Below, one piece after another: positions 11,474 through 26,388 of a stretch of 64,000 nt of DNA; the stretch's first letter is position 1; every line of letters starts with the position of its first letter. The stretch is taken from NCBI GenBank assembly GCA_963693365.1, contig CAVNZM010000012.1, forward strand, positions 4,144,409 to 4,208,408. Reading direction: 5' to 3'. Made by a program: the position numbers and the translations under genes. Source of the stretch: Amoebidium appalachense (lineage: Eukaryota > Protista > Ichthyosporea). The notes under the pieces are model-generated. The model worked only from the letters and a program-made list of their open reading frames with translations. It was not told the DNA's origin and did no database searches.

Positions 11474-14098
11474 AGATAGACTTCAAGTATGAACGGCGGC
11501 TGCCGCCTACATAGTAGGCACGCATCATCGGTCAATGCACGGCCGTTGCGCATGCAGCACCCATCCGCTGAGGCTCACTACTGGTGATGTTCGGCAACTT
11601 GGGTAAATATTCAATAATCTTTAGTGTATTATGGCCTGGATACGTAGAATTATACCGGTCCTCTGACAGTAGCAACTTAGTAAACAATAGTATTAGTAGG
11701 CTAGATCATATAGTTAGCCTCCGGCAGCGCATCTTATAGTCGGATAATCACGATAACTTGTAATGAGCATGGCAAGCAACTTGGTGCATGCAAGCCTTAA
11801 TGTAATATGACTTAACCCAAGCAGAGCAAATAAAACCCGGCAGTAACACACAACCATGAAATTCTCCCTTTGGATCTTATTCTTTTTCTGAAGAGTGGTA
11901 GGCCCTGGGAGTGAGCTGTCATGTGGCACATGTGTCCTCACCGAGACGCGTACTACCCTGCCTCATCCCATGCACGGCTCCTAACACCCCCCTGTGACGG
12001 ACACGCTGGCACTTTGAAACCGTCACACAGCCGGTCACGTACCGTGCATGCACAAACACGCTTACGAAGTAACACGCAGTAACTCACAGGGCCCATACCG
12101 TGACACAACAGTGGCACAAAAGTAAACGTGAGCACACCATGTAGGTCGGGGCCACTCAGAGGAATACCAGGCAACTTCAGCCTCTGATCATGAGAAAGGC
12201 CCACTTTCGGGGGGAGAGGGGGGGGGGGGGGGGGGGGGGGATTCTCTGAAACTAAATTTTCTTATACTTTCCCACCTGTTCTGGGTTTTCTCAAACAAAA
12301 TAAAGGGAAAGGCCCCCCCCCCCCCCCCCCCCCCCCCCCATTCTATCAATAAAACTCAAGGAAATTCTGCGGACGATAAATCTTGAGCTTCGTTGTCCGC
12401 CGGACAATTATCTCCAAACCGTTTTACACACAGGCACGCAGACGGCCACCCACGCACACAAACACATATGCATATACCTTCAGAAACTCCACGGGGTAGC
12501 ATTGTGGCCACCGTGAGCAAGTTGATCCTCAAGTTCCTTACCGGAGACTATTGTAAAGAATGCGAGGCCTCGCAGTGAGCAATCCGAAGTTCTGATCATA
12601 AAAGTGTGTATCTACCCCCGTCCCTTTCTCTCCCCTTCTCCCCCAGGCCCCTCCCCCCGCCCTCCCCCCCCCCCCCCCCCCCTCCCCTCCCCCCCGCCTG
12701 CCCGCGCCCCCCATTCCTTCCACGCCCGCCCCCTCAATACCACCCAGAACTAAAAACTTTGTTCAACTCTTAATCGTTAAACTCGTCATTGCCTCCCCTC
12801 GGGCCTCCTTCCACTTCCAGGCATGAGCCCGATAGTAGTAGTACCTGGGTGCCGGTGCGTGCGTGCGTGCGTGCGTGCGTGTGTGCGTGTGTGCGTGCGT
12901 GCGTGCGTGTGTGCGTGCGTGTGTGGTGTTTGTGTGTGCGGGTGCGCACGAGCATGCGTACTTGTGTATGTGCATGCAGGCATGCGGGTGTGGTGAGTGC
13001 GTGTGTTCCTGTTTCCGTGCCATTGTGTGTGTTTGTGTGTGTGTGTGCATGTGTGTACACTGTGTGGTGGGTGCATGTGTGTGTGTGCGTGCGTGGTGCG
13101 TGTGTGGCACGTGCATGTGTGCGCGGGTGCAACACGTGTGTGCCAGTGTGTGCGACGTTTGCGCACGTGCGTGCGTGTGTGCGTGTCACGTGGTGCATTC
13201 CTTTTTTTTTTTGATACTTTGATTGAACGCTCGTTTGCGAGTGTTTTTGTAGCACACTATTCCATAAACGTTTTGTGTATGTTCTTCTGTGTATGCGTCA
13301 GCTGTCATCACATTCCCATTCAATCGGCCTCAGAAATAGGACAAAGACATATCCATGAGAGTATAAATAATGATAAAAAATTGTTTTTCCTTCCTGCAAG
13401 TGGAACCTAGACTACAAAAAGCAATTCACACTGACTAGCCTCAGTGATGGCTTTACTAATAGTGTCAGAAGTGTGCAAAGGTGTGGATTGAAAAACCAAA
13501 TTTTTATTCACTGATGCTTGTTTTCGGCATGCGCACGAGGGGGAAGATTGGTTTGAAAGAATTGTAATTTCAGTATATTATTTTTCCATATCCGCCGGGC
13601 CCGGGGGGGGGGGGGGGGGGGGAGGGGGGGGGAGAGAGGGGAAGGGGGGGGGGGGGGGGGGAGGGGGAAGGGGGGAGGCAGGGCTAATAGTTATAATTAG
13701 TTATGATTGTTATCAGATTATGGAGTATTCTAAGTCAGCGAAGTATTTGTTGGGTGAAAACATTACGTATACAGAGGGCGGTGCAAGTAAGCACAACTGT
13801 GACGGTTTCTTGTTTATCACTACATTTATTACAGAGAATCAACTGGTGATTACCACTGTTGTAGCCAGCTACAACTTCAAATGAGCATGCGCCTGCGAAT
13901 GCATATGCCGGCCTGAAATTAATAGGTCGGTTGGGTGTTTTAATATTTTTTTAAGCATTACTTCAAAAAGTACGATTATATATTTGCAGCTATTCGGTAT
14001 TCATCATGTATTTTTACACACAATGCCAAATGCAAACTGTTGGCAAGTCATAATCAAATCTATCGGGCTTAGAGGCTTCTTAGCCTGTCTGCTGCAGC

Positions 14099-14653
14099 TT
14101 AAGCGACGAGCTTCTGGCTGTGGGAGCTGCGCATGTGGTGGGCCATGACCAGAAAGATGGAGAAGAAGGCGAGGATGGTGCCGACAATGTTGATGATGTA
14201 GGCGGGGCCCATGGGCAGGCCGTAGGGGGCCGACCAACCGTAGTGGGCGGACATGGTCAGGCAAGTGGCCATGACCAGCACAAACTGCACAAACGCACAC
14301 AGCGCCACCACGGGCCCCGACACCGGCAGGCAGCAGCCGCACGTCATCAGCGTCAGCACCAGCAGCACCAGCGCAGCCACGCCGGCCAGGAAGGCCACCA
14401 GCATCATGCCGGCCATGGCCTTCTCGGTCGAGTCCATCAGCGCGTCCCACTCAAAGCTCGTGCACACCGCAATGCCGCCCAGTGTCCACGAGCTGGTGCA
14501 GCCCGACGGGATGCCGACGCCGAGCGTTGTGGTCACGCCGCCGACGGTGGTCTCGCCGTAGTACCAGTTCATGCTGACGAGGCCGTAGATGGCTGAAATG
14601 GTGCTGAACAGCATGAACACAAAGGCGAGACCGGCAGCAAGGAATCGGCACCT
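14099..14653 (-). CDS. Claudin/PMP22-superfamily-like four-TM protein, copy 1 (start codon reads AGG; next ATG at 14614)
   Basis: Colinear over 555 nt with 15481-16035, with 4 amino-acid differences; aaaATGtgccga in the paralog reads aaaAGGtgccga here. Confidence 0.8.
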   Translation of the reverse strand, partial: RCRFLAAGLAFVFMLFSTISAIYGLVSMNWYYGETTVGGVTTTLGVGIPSGCTSSWTLGGIAVCTSFEWDALMDSTEKAMAGMMLVAFLAGVAALVLLVLTLMTCGCCLPVSGPVVALCAFVQFVLVMATCLTMSAHYGWSAPYGLPMGPAYIINIVGTILAFFSIFLVMAHHMRSSHSQKLVA

Positions 14654-14834
14654 TTTCTTGGTTTGACTAGGACGAAAGAAGTATGCTAATTTTTTTGTTG
14701 TTGTTACGTTAAAGTTGCCCCGAATTTTTCACGTCAGTTAATGTCTAACTTATTGTAGATTCGGTACGCCTACTGCAGATGAATTGTGTCAATGATATGG
14801 TGTTTGAATGTGCCTGGAGTGACCACAGCATCGC

Positions 14835-14842
14835 TTTATATA
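14835..14842 (-). promoter_or_regulatory. TATA-like box
   Basis: TATATAAA on the minus strand about 180 nt upstream of copy 1. Confidence 0.45.
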
Positions 14843-15262
14843 CCCGCGGCGAAGATCCCGATTGCTTTTGATTGGAGAAGAGGCAATCTATTTCTATTGG
14901 CTATGTGCTAAGCTCAGATCTTGCATGACGTCATAGTCCCACTACATATGAGCTCCTTGAACTCAACTTGTACACTGTATGTACCGAAAAAGACTAACTA
15001 AAACCGCGAAAGCAAAAATACTTCAATGATTCTTGCGTATAGTTTGTACGATGTGTTATGGTTGCTCTTATTGTCACGTTTGTCCCTTACATGCCGAATG
15101 TTGGCTTTTTCACGGTCATCTAGGCCCGGCCGAAGTTCCCCTCGGGCTCGAGCCTCGACAACCAATCGGAGTATTCAGAATCAGAAACAGTAAACAAAAC
15201 AGTTCAGCCAATCAAACTGTTGCTCACCTCAGATGACACATTTTTCTGAAGCAAACACCAAC

Positions 15263-15270
15263 TATATAAA
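15263..15270 (+). promoter_or_regulatory. TATA-like box
   Basis: TATATAAA about 210 nt upstream of copy 2, with CCAAT motifs upstream. Confidence 0.45.
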
Positions 15271-15480
15271 CTAGACAGGATCGCGGAACTTGAATCATTT
15301 CAAATTACACTTCCATCATCACTGGTACACATTTCCAATCAACCTTTTTCCGGTACTGTACTAGGTAGCTAATAATAAAAGAAGAACGGCTTCGAATACT
15401 TCCAGCCAACTGCAACTGATAAGCTTAGCTACACACACTATTACTTACTTCAGTGCCCATACAACAAACGTACGTCGAAA

Positions 15481-16035
15481 ATGTGCCGATTCCTTGCTGC
15501 CGGCCTCGCATTTGTGTTCATGCTGTTCAGCACCATTTCAGCCATCTACGGCCTCGTCAGCATGAACTGGTACTACGGCGAGACCACTGTCGGCGGCGTG
15601 ACCACAACGCTCGGCGTCGGCATCCCGTCGGGCTGCACCAGCTCGTGGACGCTGGGCGGCATTGCGGTGTGCACGAATTTTGAGTGGGACGCGCTGATGG
15701 ACTCGGCCGAGAAGGCCATGGCCGGCATGATGCTGGTGGCCTTCCTGGCCGGCGTGGCCGCGCTGGTGCTGCTCGTGCTGACGCTGATGACGTGTGGTTG
15801 CTGCCTGCCGGTGTCGGGACCCGTGGTGGCACTGTGTGCGTTTGTGCAGTTTGTTCTGGTCATGGCCACGTGCCTGACCATGTCCGCCAACTACGGCTGG
15901 TCGGCCCCCTACGGCCTGCCCATGGGCCCCGCCTACATCATCAACATTGTCGGCACCATCCTCGCCTTCTTTTCCATCTTCCTGGTCATGGCCCACCACA
16001 TGCGCAGCTCCCAAAGCCAGAAGCTCGTCGCTTAA
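15481..16035 (+). CDS. Claudin/PMP22-superfamily-like four-TM protein, 184 aa, intronless, copy 2
   Basis: Four hydrophobic segments; first loop has W...GxxxGC...C, resembling the W-GLW-C-C signature; CGCC after TM2; GPAY before TM4; strong GC3 bias. Confidence 0.88.
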   Translation: MCRFLAAGLAFVFMLFSTISAIYGLVSMNWYYGETTVGGVTTTLGVGIPSGCTSSWTLGGIAVCTNFEWDALMDSAEKAMAGMMLVAFLAGVAALVLLVLTLMTCGCCLPVSGPVVALCAFVQFVLVMATCLTMSANYGWSAPYGLPMGPAYIINIVGTILAFFSIFLVMAHHMRSSQSQKLVA

Positions 16036-16742
16036 ACGTCGGCAGTACATTGTATGCCAACATCATGCATATGCCAGTGTTATGCATGCCTGCAGAGATC
16101 TAGATAAGAGTATTTAGTAGGCGTTCAACTTCCATAGTGATCAATAGACGTGGCTGTATAACCTATGTAGATCTCTTGTTGGCAACAAACATTAAATAAG
16201 TGCAGGGTAGTGCAGAGTGCTGTGCGCTCTGTTTGATATTTACACACGTGTATAAAGATTATTATCGCACAATGAACTTAGTAATAAAATCTGAGAGACT
16301 ACACAACAACATTGCACAGGATCCGAAGCAGACTCATGTGTGTTGGTACGCCGGCATTCACGCATGGGCAGCACATATTTAGTTTCTGCGCCTCTATAGC
16401 CAACCCTTCCGGGTCACACAGGAGTGCGCGATGAGTCGTGACACACACAAAAGAGGTGTGCGTGCACGCACACCGTCACCCGCACACACACACACACGCC
16501 CGCATGCGCACGCGCACACGCACGCATGCACACACACACGAACACACACATGCATGCCGCACGCACGCACACATGCATGCATGCACGCACCCAGGCACCC
16601 ACGCACGAACGCACACACCCAACCATGCAGCCACCCACCCACCCACCCAAGCACCCAGGCACCCACACACGTGCATGCACACGCATGCACACACGCGCAC
16701 ACACAAGCACGTGACGTACGCATGCACGAGCATGCACGCGCG

Positions 16743-16801
<59 letters not shown>

Positions 16802-16802
<1 letters not shown>

Positions 16803-17161
16803 AGGGCCGAACATCAACTTGCCACGAGCAGCCTGATGATGATTCGGCAAAAAGTAGAACCATTGATATACTACTGTTCCACAAAAAGAAGAATTATTCT
16901 GCGAAAAGCAGAATCATTCTAATTATTCTGCCAAAAGCAGAATCATTTAGACTAATTCGACTTCTAGAAGCATTATTTCTCAAGAATCAGAATTATTCTG
17001 CACGCGGCAGCAGAACAAATTTCGAGGGTGTGAGATGAAGTGTAATTCTGTTTTGCAGAATGATACTGCTTTTACCAGAATTGGGTAATCACAGGTCTCT
17101 TTTGGTAGAATTATTCTGCTCGGAGCAGAGTAGGCTCTGCCCATGTAGTTGGGCCCCCACT
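16802..17161. mobile_element. Putative MITE with reiterated AGAAT(T/C)ATTCT motifs
   Basis: Several copies of aattattctgc and gcagaat between 16890 and 17130; imperfect ends cagggccgaac / gttgggcccccactg. Confidence 0.4.
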
Positions 17162-17203
17162 GTGATACACGAAACACATGCACTCCCTCTTTCTCTCCCC
17201 GCT

Positions 17204-17613
<410 letters not shown>

Positions 17614-17981
17614 GTCACACACACGCACACACACCGTTTGTTTATCCCATTTATGCCTAATGGGGACTATCGTCTTCCACTAAGCACCGAATGCTAATAA
17701 TGATAATGGTGCATTCAGCTAAAATACACACCTTTACCAACGATGCCCTAACAGTACTGGTACACGCTGAGCCCAGGGTTTTTGTTCCAGTATCGGTTGT
17801 GGGAGCACCCAGCCTCTCCCCGAACCAAAACCTATTAAAGAAAATTTGAAAACGGAGTATCATTGGCAAATTGGTCCATCTGTGTCGTGGTGTGCTAATG
17901 TGGCCAACGTGCTTGCCAGAAACATGGTGGTGCCTAAGGTAGTATACGGGTGTGGTTTTGGGACACACACTCACACGCTGG

Positions 17982-18013
<32 letters not shown>

Positions 18014-18038
18014 AAACATGTACACATGCCTGCGCGCG

Positions 18039-18069
<31 letters not shown>

Positions 18070-18091
18070 GCGCACGCACACACACACGCAC

Positions 18092-18220
<129 letters not shown>

Positions 18221-19311
18221 CCGCGCGCACGCACGTACACACAAACACACTCGTCCAGCTATGTCGACGGTATATATTTAAGCTGGGTTAAGATATTGTG
18301 TTAGAGAGTGTATGTGCCTCGTGTCAAGGTTTCTCCTGTTCACGTGGATCCGGTCCCCATTGATGCCATTCAAATCTTCAACTCTGAGTGCTAGCCCTAA
18401 AAGGCGTTTATTGAAAGGGAAAGATTAATACACGGTGACACGGTGACCTTGTATGTAGGCCGAGCACGTCTGTCACGGTGTCAATTTCCCCCTTCGCCCG
18501 CAGACACACAAATTGTCTCACACGCACACGCGCACACGTACACACACACACACCACACACCACACAAGCACACACGTGACACAACCCGTACATGCGCGCA
18601 CACACACACATACACACGCACGTACGCACGCACACATGTACACGCACATTAGTACGCACACACGCACACACGAGCAGTCACGCACACACACACGTGCACG
18701 TACGCACGCACGCACGCACGCACACACATACTACGTGTACACACGCACACGCACACACGCACGTGCACGCGTGCACTGATACGCACGCACACACGCACAA
18801 ACACGCACAAACACAAACACATACATACAAACCAATACACAAACACAGGATATATATGTACGCACGGCGTCGACGTATAGCATTTGTAATATATTAGCTA
18901 CACTATATAGACAAAAATAGACAAATGTGTACAGCCTTGGTGCACATTTATTATTGTCGCATACATACGCCCACCTGAGCATGCACATGTGGCACGCACA
19001 GTAAACATCCTGATAGTCGCGGAGTGGAGCCTCACACGCATACACCTGTACATAACACTTTTACATGCACACTACTGCTTGCTTGCTCTCGTTCTGATCG
19101 TTTTCACACGGTGTTCACAGTGTGGTGTGAAGTTCCGTGAACGCCTTCCGTGATCATAGTTCTTGTAACGGAAGCCCGAGTAGTTGACAAGATGGAGATG
19201 AAAAAATCCGTCGTCAAGCTTGATTTCCCAAAGATATTCTCAGGTTTCCAGCTGTAAATATCCCAATGAGTGCACATATTACAAAATGCAATGAGAGCTT
19301 CTGTCTTGGCC

Positions 19312-19362
19312 AGGGAGTCCATCGCCTCATTGAGGCTGCCTCAGTGAGGCAATGGACTCCCT
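19312..19362. repeat. 24-bp inverted repeat (hairpin)
   Basis: agggagtccatcgcctcattgagg-ctg-cctcagtgaggcaatggactccct, 2 mismatches. Confidence 0.8.
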
Positions 19363-19949
19363 CACACCGCGAGTGAATGCATTCGGTCGACGGTAACTCA
19401 GAGAAATTTGAGAAAACTCCGGGAAACACCCGGCCGTGTTCTGTTCAACTTCTGGCCCTGGGCCCTGGGGTCACGCTCACATGTACACACAAACTTTAGG
19501 CTCAAGATGATTGGCTCCCTGTGTTCAAGGAAACGTTTGGAATGTAGCTCCGCATTCCTCAGAAACAGGGTTAGACAATACCCCGAAAATAGCATACAAA
19601 ATACCCCACCCGAAAATGAAAATACCCCACCCTGAAAAATCCAGGGTACGCCCCTTCCTCCGAGTAGGGTACTCAGCGGGGTGGGGGTAGGTTGAGGCTG
19701 AGTAGGGTGCTGTGGGGTACTTGCCGGGACGTCCGGCGGGGAGAGGTGGGGGGGGAAGCAATGCCTCCGAACGGGGGTGTGATATTTCTAGTAAGAGGCT
19801 TCGGGGGGAGGGGGGGGGGGGGGGGGGGGGTTTGAGTGAGATGAGATTATCTCAGAGATCAGAGATAACTGGTGCCCAGATTCTGTGTCGAGAAAAATGA
19901 GATAAATTTTCGCCAGATTTTGGCGCCAAAAAGCCGACCGAGAGTCGGA

Positions 19950-21390
<1,441 letters not shown>

Positions 21391-21906
21391 GAGATCTCTA
21401 CAGGGGTGGGGTGGGGGGGGGGGGGGGGGATCCGGGGAAGGGACTGCAAGAGAAATCCGTACGAGAGAGCCTTATCCAAAAAAGGCCCTCGAGCTAGAGA
21501 CACGGAGATAACTTAATACCAGAGGAATAGCACTTAGTGTTTACTGTGGTCACATGTACTATGTGAAGCTATCAGAGGGTGACGCGCTGTGCGAACCGCA
21601 TTTCTGTGAAGTTAGTCAGCAAGACAAAGTCTTGATCCTGAGTTAGACAAGCGATTATAACACCGAAAACGAAAATGAACTAATGAAGTGTCTGTTGCAA
21701 GTTGTAATTGGGCGGTGGTTACAAGCGTGCTCAAAAACTGAAAAACAAATTCCACACACTGCTGACTCGAGCCAGCCTGCCAGCCGCCTGAAACAGGCTG
21801 TGGGAGGATATATTTACTATAAATTGAATAGGTATACATATATATCCGACATATCCAAAACACATTTATCCCGAAAATGCCCCACCACTCGTGATGCTTT
21901 TGGGGG

Positions 21907-21955
21907 GGGGGGTTTACGCTGTTTACTTGCCTCGAGTAAACAGCGTAAACCCCCC
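21907..21955. repeat. Perfect 21-bp hairpin, one arm shared with 8046-8072
   Basis: ggggggtttacgctgtttact-tgcctcg-agtaaacagcgtaaacccccc; 8046-8072 is the exact reverse complement of 21927-21953. Confidence 0.85.
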
Positions 21956-22392
21956 AAAATACATGAAGTCAGAAAACCTGGAAAATTCCCGACTGTAAAC
22001 CCAAATGTCTACAACCCTGCTCAGAAACACATCCGCATTTTTATTGGCTACTCTTGGATTTTTTCTAAATTCGATATCATAGATAATACTACATACTACC
22101 CCTCATGAAGCAAGTACCATGTATATGCTTAGCACAGCACCATGCAATGACAAAATTCTGTTATTAGTATTCGTATTATATTTTAGATTGATTTACAATT
22201 TTCGTGCCCCAACTTGCCCAATGTACACCTGTCTTTTTTATCTCAGGAATGTGAGGCATGCATGTGAGTAAAACCCCTACATACCAAAGGTTGACACCCA
22301 AGACTTCCCAAGTTGTTCTGAGAATGTTGTCGATTCCGATTGGCGAAGGAGAGTACAACACGTTTGATTGGTCAAAAGAAACGACCCAGGGG

Positions 22393-22400
22393 TATATAAA
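22393..22400 (+). promoter_or_regulatory. TATA-like box of the chitinase
   Basis: TATATAAA about 140 nt upstream of ATG 22541; ATTGG motifs upstream. Confidence 0.5.
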
Positions 22401-22540
22401 CAACGTTTGTGATGTGACCAACACAGCTTCTTATCTTAGCTCACAGCTTCACTAATACTAGCAAGTTGCATGCTCAACCAACAATCGATTATCATCGAAG
22501 CCATATAGGTATTCGAAAACTGAAAGTCAGACTCTCGATC

Positions 22541-25306
22541 ATGAGACAGTTATACGTAATCGCGGCCGCATCGGCCTTGGCAGCAGGAGCGCCCACGTGT
22601 ACCACCACGTGTCGTGCCGTGCTAGGAAACGCGCTCAACATTGGGGATGCATGGTGCAGCAGCAACTATGAGGTCAACCACCAGGCGGAGAGCTGCATTG
22701 CCCCGTACTGCGAGCTGGTGAACTCTTGCGCAAGCACGTCGGCTCAACCAACCACAACAACAGCTGCTCCTTCTACCACCACCACCACCAAAACTACCAC
22801 AACAACAACGACCACAAAAGCGCCAACGACCACCACCTCACAAACCACCACCTCCCCGAAACCCACCACCACCACTACCACCACCACCACGTCAGTAGCA
22901 CCAGGGCAATGTCTGGCCGAATACGCCCAATGTTCAGGCCAGGGGTTCACAACACCACTTTCGTGCTGTCCGGGCACTGTTTGTGTAGTTCAGAGCCAAT
23001 GGTGGGGTTCATGCCAGAAGGGCACCCAGTCATCTACGGCTGTGACCACCACTAATACCGTCCCACCAACCACCACAACCGCGTCCCGCACCACCACTAC
23101 CACCACCGTTACCACACAAAGTACCACCTCACGACCCACCACCACCAATATTTTCACCACCACCACAACAACAACAACACGGGTGCCAACCACCACCCCT
23201 GTAACCACCACACCCGTTCCTACCACCACCACCACACCTACCTCCACCTACACGCACGAGAAATGCCGGCCTGATGGTCTTTACCGCACACCGGGCCTGG
23301 ACGTTCCCTACTGCACCCGCTACGACGAGACTGGGCGGGAGAAGATGGGTGCCGACCACTCACGGCGCATCATTGGCTACTTCACGTCATGGCGGACGGG
23401 GGCCAACGGCCAGCCGGCCTACCTCGTCAATCAATTGCCGTGGGGCAAGATCACACACGTCAACTATGCATTTGCACATATTGGCAGCGACTACACAGTG
23501 AGCATTGGCAACACCGCAGACCCAAACAACACCGCCGTCGGCGCCATGTGGCCCGGTGTGGACGTGGATCCTTTTTTGGGCTTCCGCGGGCATTTGGGTG
23601 CCCTCGCTACGTACAAGAAACGGTTTGGTGTCTCCACACTCGTTTCGATTGGTGGGTGGGCTGAGACCGGTGGGCACTTTGACGACAACGGCAATCGGGT
23701 GGCTGATGGGGGCTACTACAAACTCACCACAAACTCTGACGGCTCGCCGAACCTCGCTGCCATCAACAGGTTTGCGCGGTCATGTGCCGAGTTTTTGCGC
23801 AAGTATCAGATGGACGGCATCGACATTGACTACGAGTACCCCACGTCCATGAAGGACGCAGGCAACCCCGACGACTTCTCCGTGAGCAACCCTGCGCGTG
23901 CGTACCTGTTCAAGAACTACATGGTGCTCATGCGCACCCTCAGGGAGCAACTGGACGCTACGGGTGTTGCTGACGGCAAGCACTATCTCCTCTCCATTGC
24001 GTCCCCGTCCTCGGGCTATCTCCTTCGCGGCATGGAGGCCATGCAGGTGGTGCAGTACCTCGACTATGTCAACCTGATGACTTATGACCTGCACGGCGCA
24101 TGGAACGAGTATGTGGGCCACAACGCACCCCTCTACGACACGGGCAAGGACGCAGAGCTGATCGCGTGGGGCGCCTACGGCGGGCAGTACAAGGGCATCG
24201 GCTATCTCAATTCTGATTGGTCCTACCACTACTTCCGCGGCGCCATGCCTGCCGGCCGCATCAACATTGGCGTGCCATACTACACCCGAGGTTGGCAGGG
24301 CGTCACCGGGGGCACCAATGGGCTGTGGGGCACTGCCGCACTCACCGACTTGTCGAAATGCCCTGCCGGCACCACCAAGTGCGGCAACGGGGCCATGGGC
24401 ATCGACAATATCTGGCACGATGTGGATGCCAATGGTAACGAGATGGGCGCTGGCTCCAACCCCATGTGGCATGCCAAGAATCTGCAGGCGGGGGTCTATG
24501 GCTCTTACCTCACATCCTACGGGTTCAACGCGAGCGGTACCCTCACAGGCACCTATGCTCGGAATTACGACCACGTCGCCGTGGCCCCGTGGCTGTGGAA
24601 CGACCAGAAGAAGACTTTCATCTCGACGGAGGACGCAGAGTCAATCAAGGCCAAGGTCGACTACGTAATTTCAAAGGGCGTGGGGGGGCTCATGATCTGG
24701 GAGATGGCCGGCGACTATTCGTGCTACAAGAAGGACACGGCCGGTAGGCGCACCAACGTTGTTGATTCGTCCGAGTCTGCATGTGCCACCGGGCAGGGAG
24801 AGTACTTCATCGGCGACACCCTCACCTCCATCATGTACGACGGTTTTAAGGCCGCAGCCCCCTATGGCAACACAATCTCAAACATTGCGATCCCGGCCAA
24901 GGCGGCTGCGATTGAATTTTCTGTGGGCGAGTTTGCGCTGGGGGACAACAACTACCCAATCAGCCCCAAGGCCACCATCACCAATCGGATGACGGTTTCT
25001 ATCCCAGCCAATAGCCAGGTTGCATTTTCCTACGGCACAAGCGCACCCGACAACATGGTGGATTGGTCCGGCGCGGGCCTCAAAGTCGTCGAGTCAGGCA
25101 ACCCCGTTAGCAACAATGTTGGGGGGCTTAAGGGTGACTTCAATCGGGTGACGTTTAAGATCCCGTCAGAACTTGCCCCCGGCGCAAGCACGGTGGTGCA
25201 GCTGGTCTACTATCTTCCCATGACGGGGCCTTCTGATTGGCGGTTTAATATTAACGGCACGTGGTATGCTGCGGCACAGGAGCAGCCCAACCTTCCACGC
25301 CTGTAA
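22541..25306 (+). CDS. Secreted GH18 chitinase, 921 aa, intronless: signal peptide, Cys module, Thr linker, CBM1, Thr linker, GH18, ChiC-type C-terminal domain
   Basis: [17 protein letters not shown] leader; CBM1-like [35 protein letters not shown]; GH18 motifs [36 protein letters not shown]; C-terminal [13 protein letters not shown]. Confidence 0.96.
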   Translation: MRQLYVIAAASALAAGAPTCTTTCRAVLGNALNIGDAWCSSNYEVNHQAESCIAPYCELVNSCASTSAQPTTTTAAPSTTTTTKTTTTTTTTKAPTTTTSQTTTSPKPTTTTTTTTTSVAPGQCLAEYAQCSGQGFTTPLSCCPGTVCVVQSQWWGSCQKGTQSSTAVTTTNTVPPTTTTASRTTTTTTVTTQSTTSRPTTTNIFTTTTTTTTRVPTTTPVTTTPVPTTTTTPTSTYTHEKCRPDGLYRTPGLDVPYCTRYDETGREKMGADHSRRIIGYFTSWRTGANGQPAYLVNQLPWGKITHVNYAFAHIGSDYTVSIGNTADPNNTAVGAMWPGVDVDPFLGFRGHLGALATYKKRFGVSTLVSIGGWAETGGHFDDNGNRVADGGYYKLTTNSDGSPNLAAINRFARSCAEFLRKYQMDGIDIDYEYPTSMKDAGNPDDFSVSNPARAYLFKNYMVLMRTLREQLDATGVADGKHYLLSIASPSSGYLLRGMEAMQVVQYLDYVNLMTYDLHGAWNEYVGHNAPLYDTGKDAELIAWGAYGGQYKGIGYLNSDWSYHYFRGAMPAGRINIGVPYYTRGWQGVTGGTNGLWGTAALTDLSKCPAGTTKCGNGAMGIDNIWHDVDANGNEMGAGSNPMWHAKNLQAGVYGSYLTSYGFNASGTLTGTYARNYDHVAVAPWLWNDQKKTFISTEDAESIKAKVDYVISKGVGGLMIWEMAGDYSCYKKDTAGRRTNVVDSSESACATGQGEYFIGDTLTSIMYDGFKAAAPYGNTISNIAIPAKAAAIEFSVGEFALGDNNYPISPKATITNRMTVSIPANSQVAFSYGTSAPDNMVDWSGAGLKVVESGNPVSNNVGGLKGDFNRVTFKIPSELAPGASTVVQLVYYLPMTGPSDWRFNINGTWYAAAQEQPNLPRL

Positions 25307-26225
25307 CGGAATCTAATCGTGTTTCTTTAATAAGTTGCTTGTACTATAAAGTATGTGCCGGTGGTAATCGTATGTATCGATGCTAACTGAACTTAATGGT
25401 GTTGATTGCCGGAGAGGTGAATGTTGTTTATCCTTGATTTTTGACTATTTTTATATTTTAAATCTAAACTTAGCGAACTAACAAGTTCCTTTTCATGAAC
25501 AAGCTCTTCTTACTTCTTGAACATCATGTAGTTAGCCTCTTGAAACGTGCTCAAAGGTTTTATTACAAATAAATCCGAGAGTTTCCGAACCGTCGCGGGT
25601 TGCAAAGCCGTTGGCCGTGTGGCAGCCACACGTCCTCTTAAGCTACAACAACCCATCCTCCCCCCCCCCCCCCCAAAAAAAAAAAAAAAAAAAAAAAAAA
25701 ACCACAAACATGCAACCACACACAAACACACCTCCCCTGCCTTTTAGTCGTATTCCGTGCCGCGATGATCAGGTTTGCAATGCTGGGGTGCACACTATAG
25801 CTGAAGATGCACCACCAAACTTTCACGGTCAGGTCACACCCATCATATCCTTACACACACACAAACACTGGTGTATTTATTGCATGCAGCAGTAGATTTA
25901 TGTTGTAATCCTAGGTTCTGCCCATACCACATTGCTGAGGTATACTGCTCGACTGTGCACAAGACACATGTGCGTGAATGCGCACACGCCGGAACGCGGA
26001 AACAAAATATGCACACACAGAGTTGCAGTCTGAGACACAAAAAGCAAATGTACGACTGTGTTTACACCACGCTTCACTTACATGAGCACAACGATAAGAC
26101 GGCATGCACAGTTGTGCCCCTCCCCCCCCCCCCCCTCCACCTTCCCCCCCTCACCCCCCTTCTCCCAACCCACCCGCTGCTGCCAGCCTCTCTCTCACTC
26201 GCTCGCCCACACACACACACACACA

Positions 26226-26280
<55 letters not shown>

Positions 26281-26283
26281 CCC

Positions 26284-26334
<51 letters not shown>

Positions 26335-26344
26335 CCTCTTTTTA

Positions 26345-26388
<44 letters not shown>

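Noticed and set aside
16885-17130. CRISPR-like array from the repeated AGAATTATTCTGC motif
   Set aside because: Irregular spacing, both orientations, eukaryotic context and no cas genes; better explained as transposon subterminal repeats.
22466-22540. 25-codon N-terminal extension of the chitinase ORF
   Set aside because: It begins at TTG; ATG 22541 gives a clean signal peptide and fits the TATA box.
23780-24574. 264-aa antisense ORF and similar shadow ORFs over the chitinase and four-TM genes
   Set aside because: Expected by-product of GC3-rich coding on the other strand or frame.
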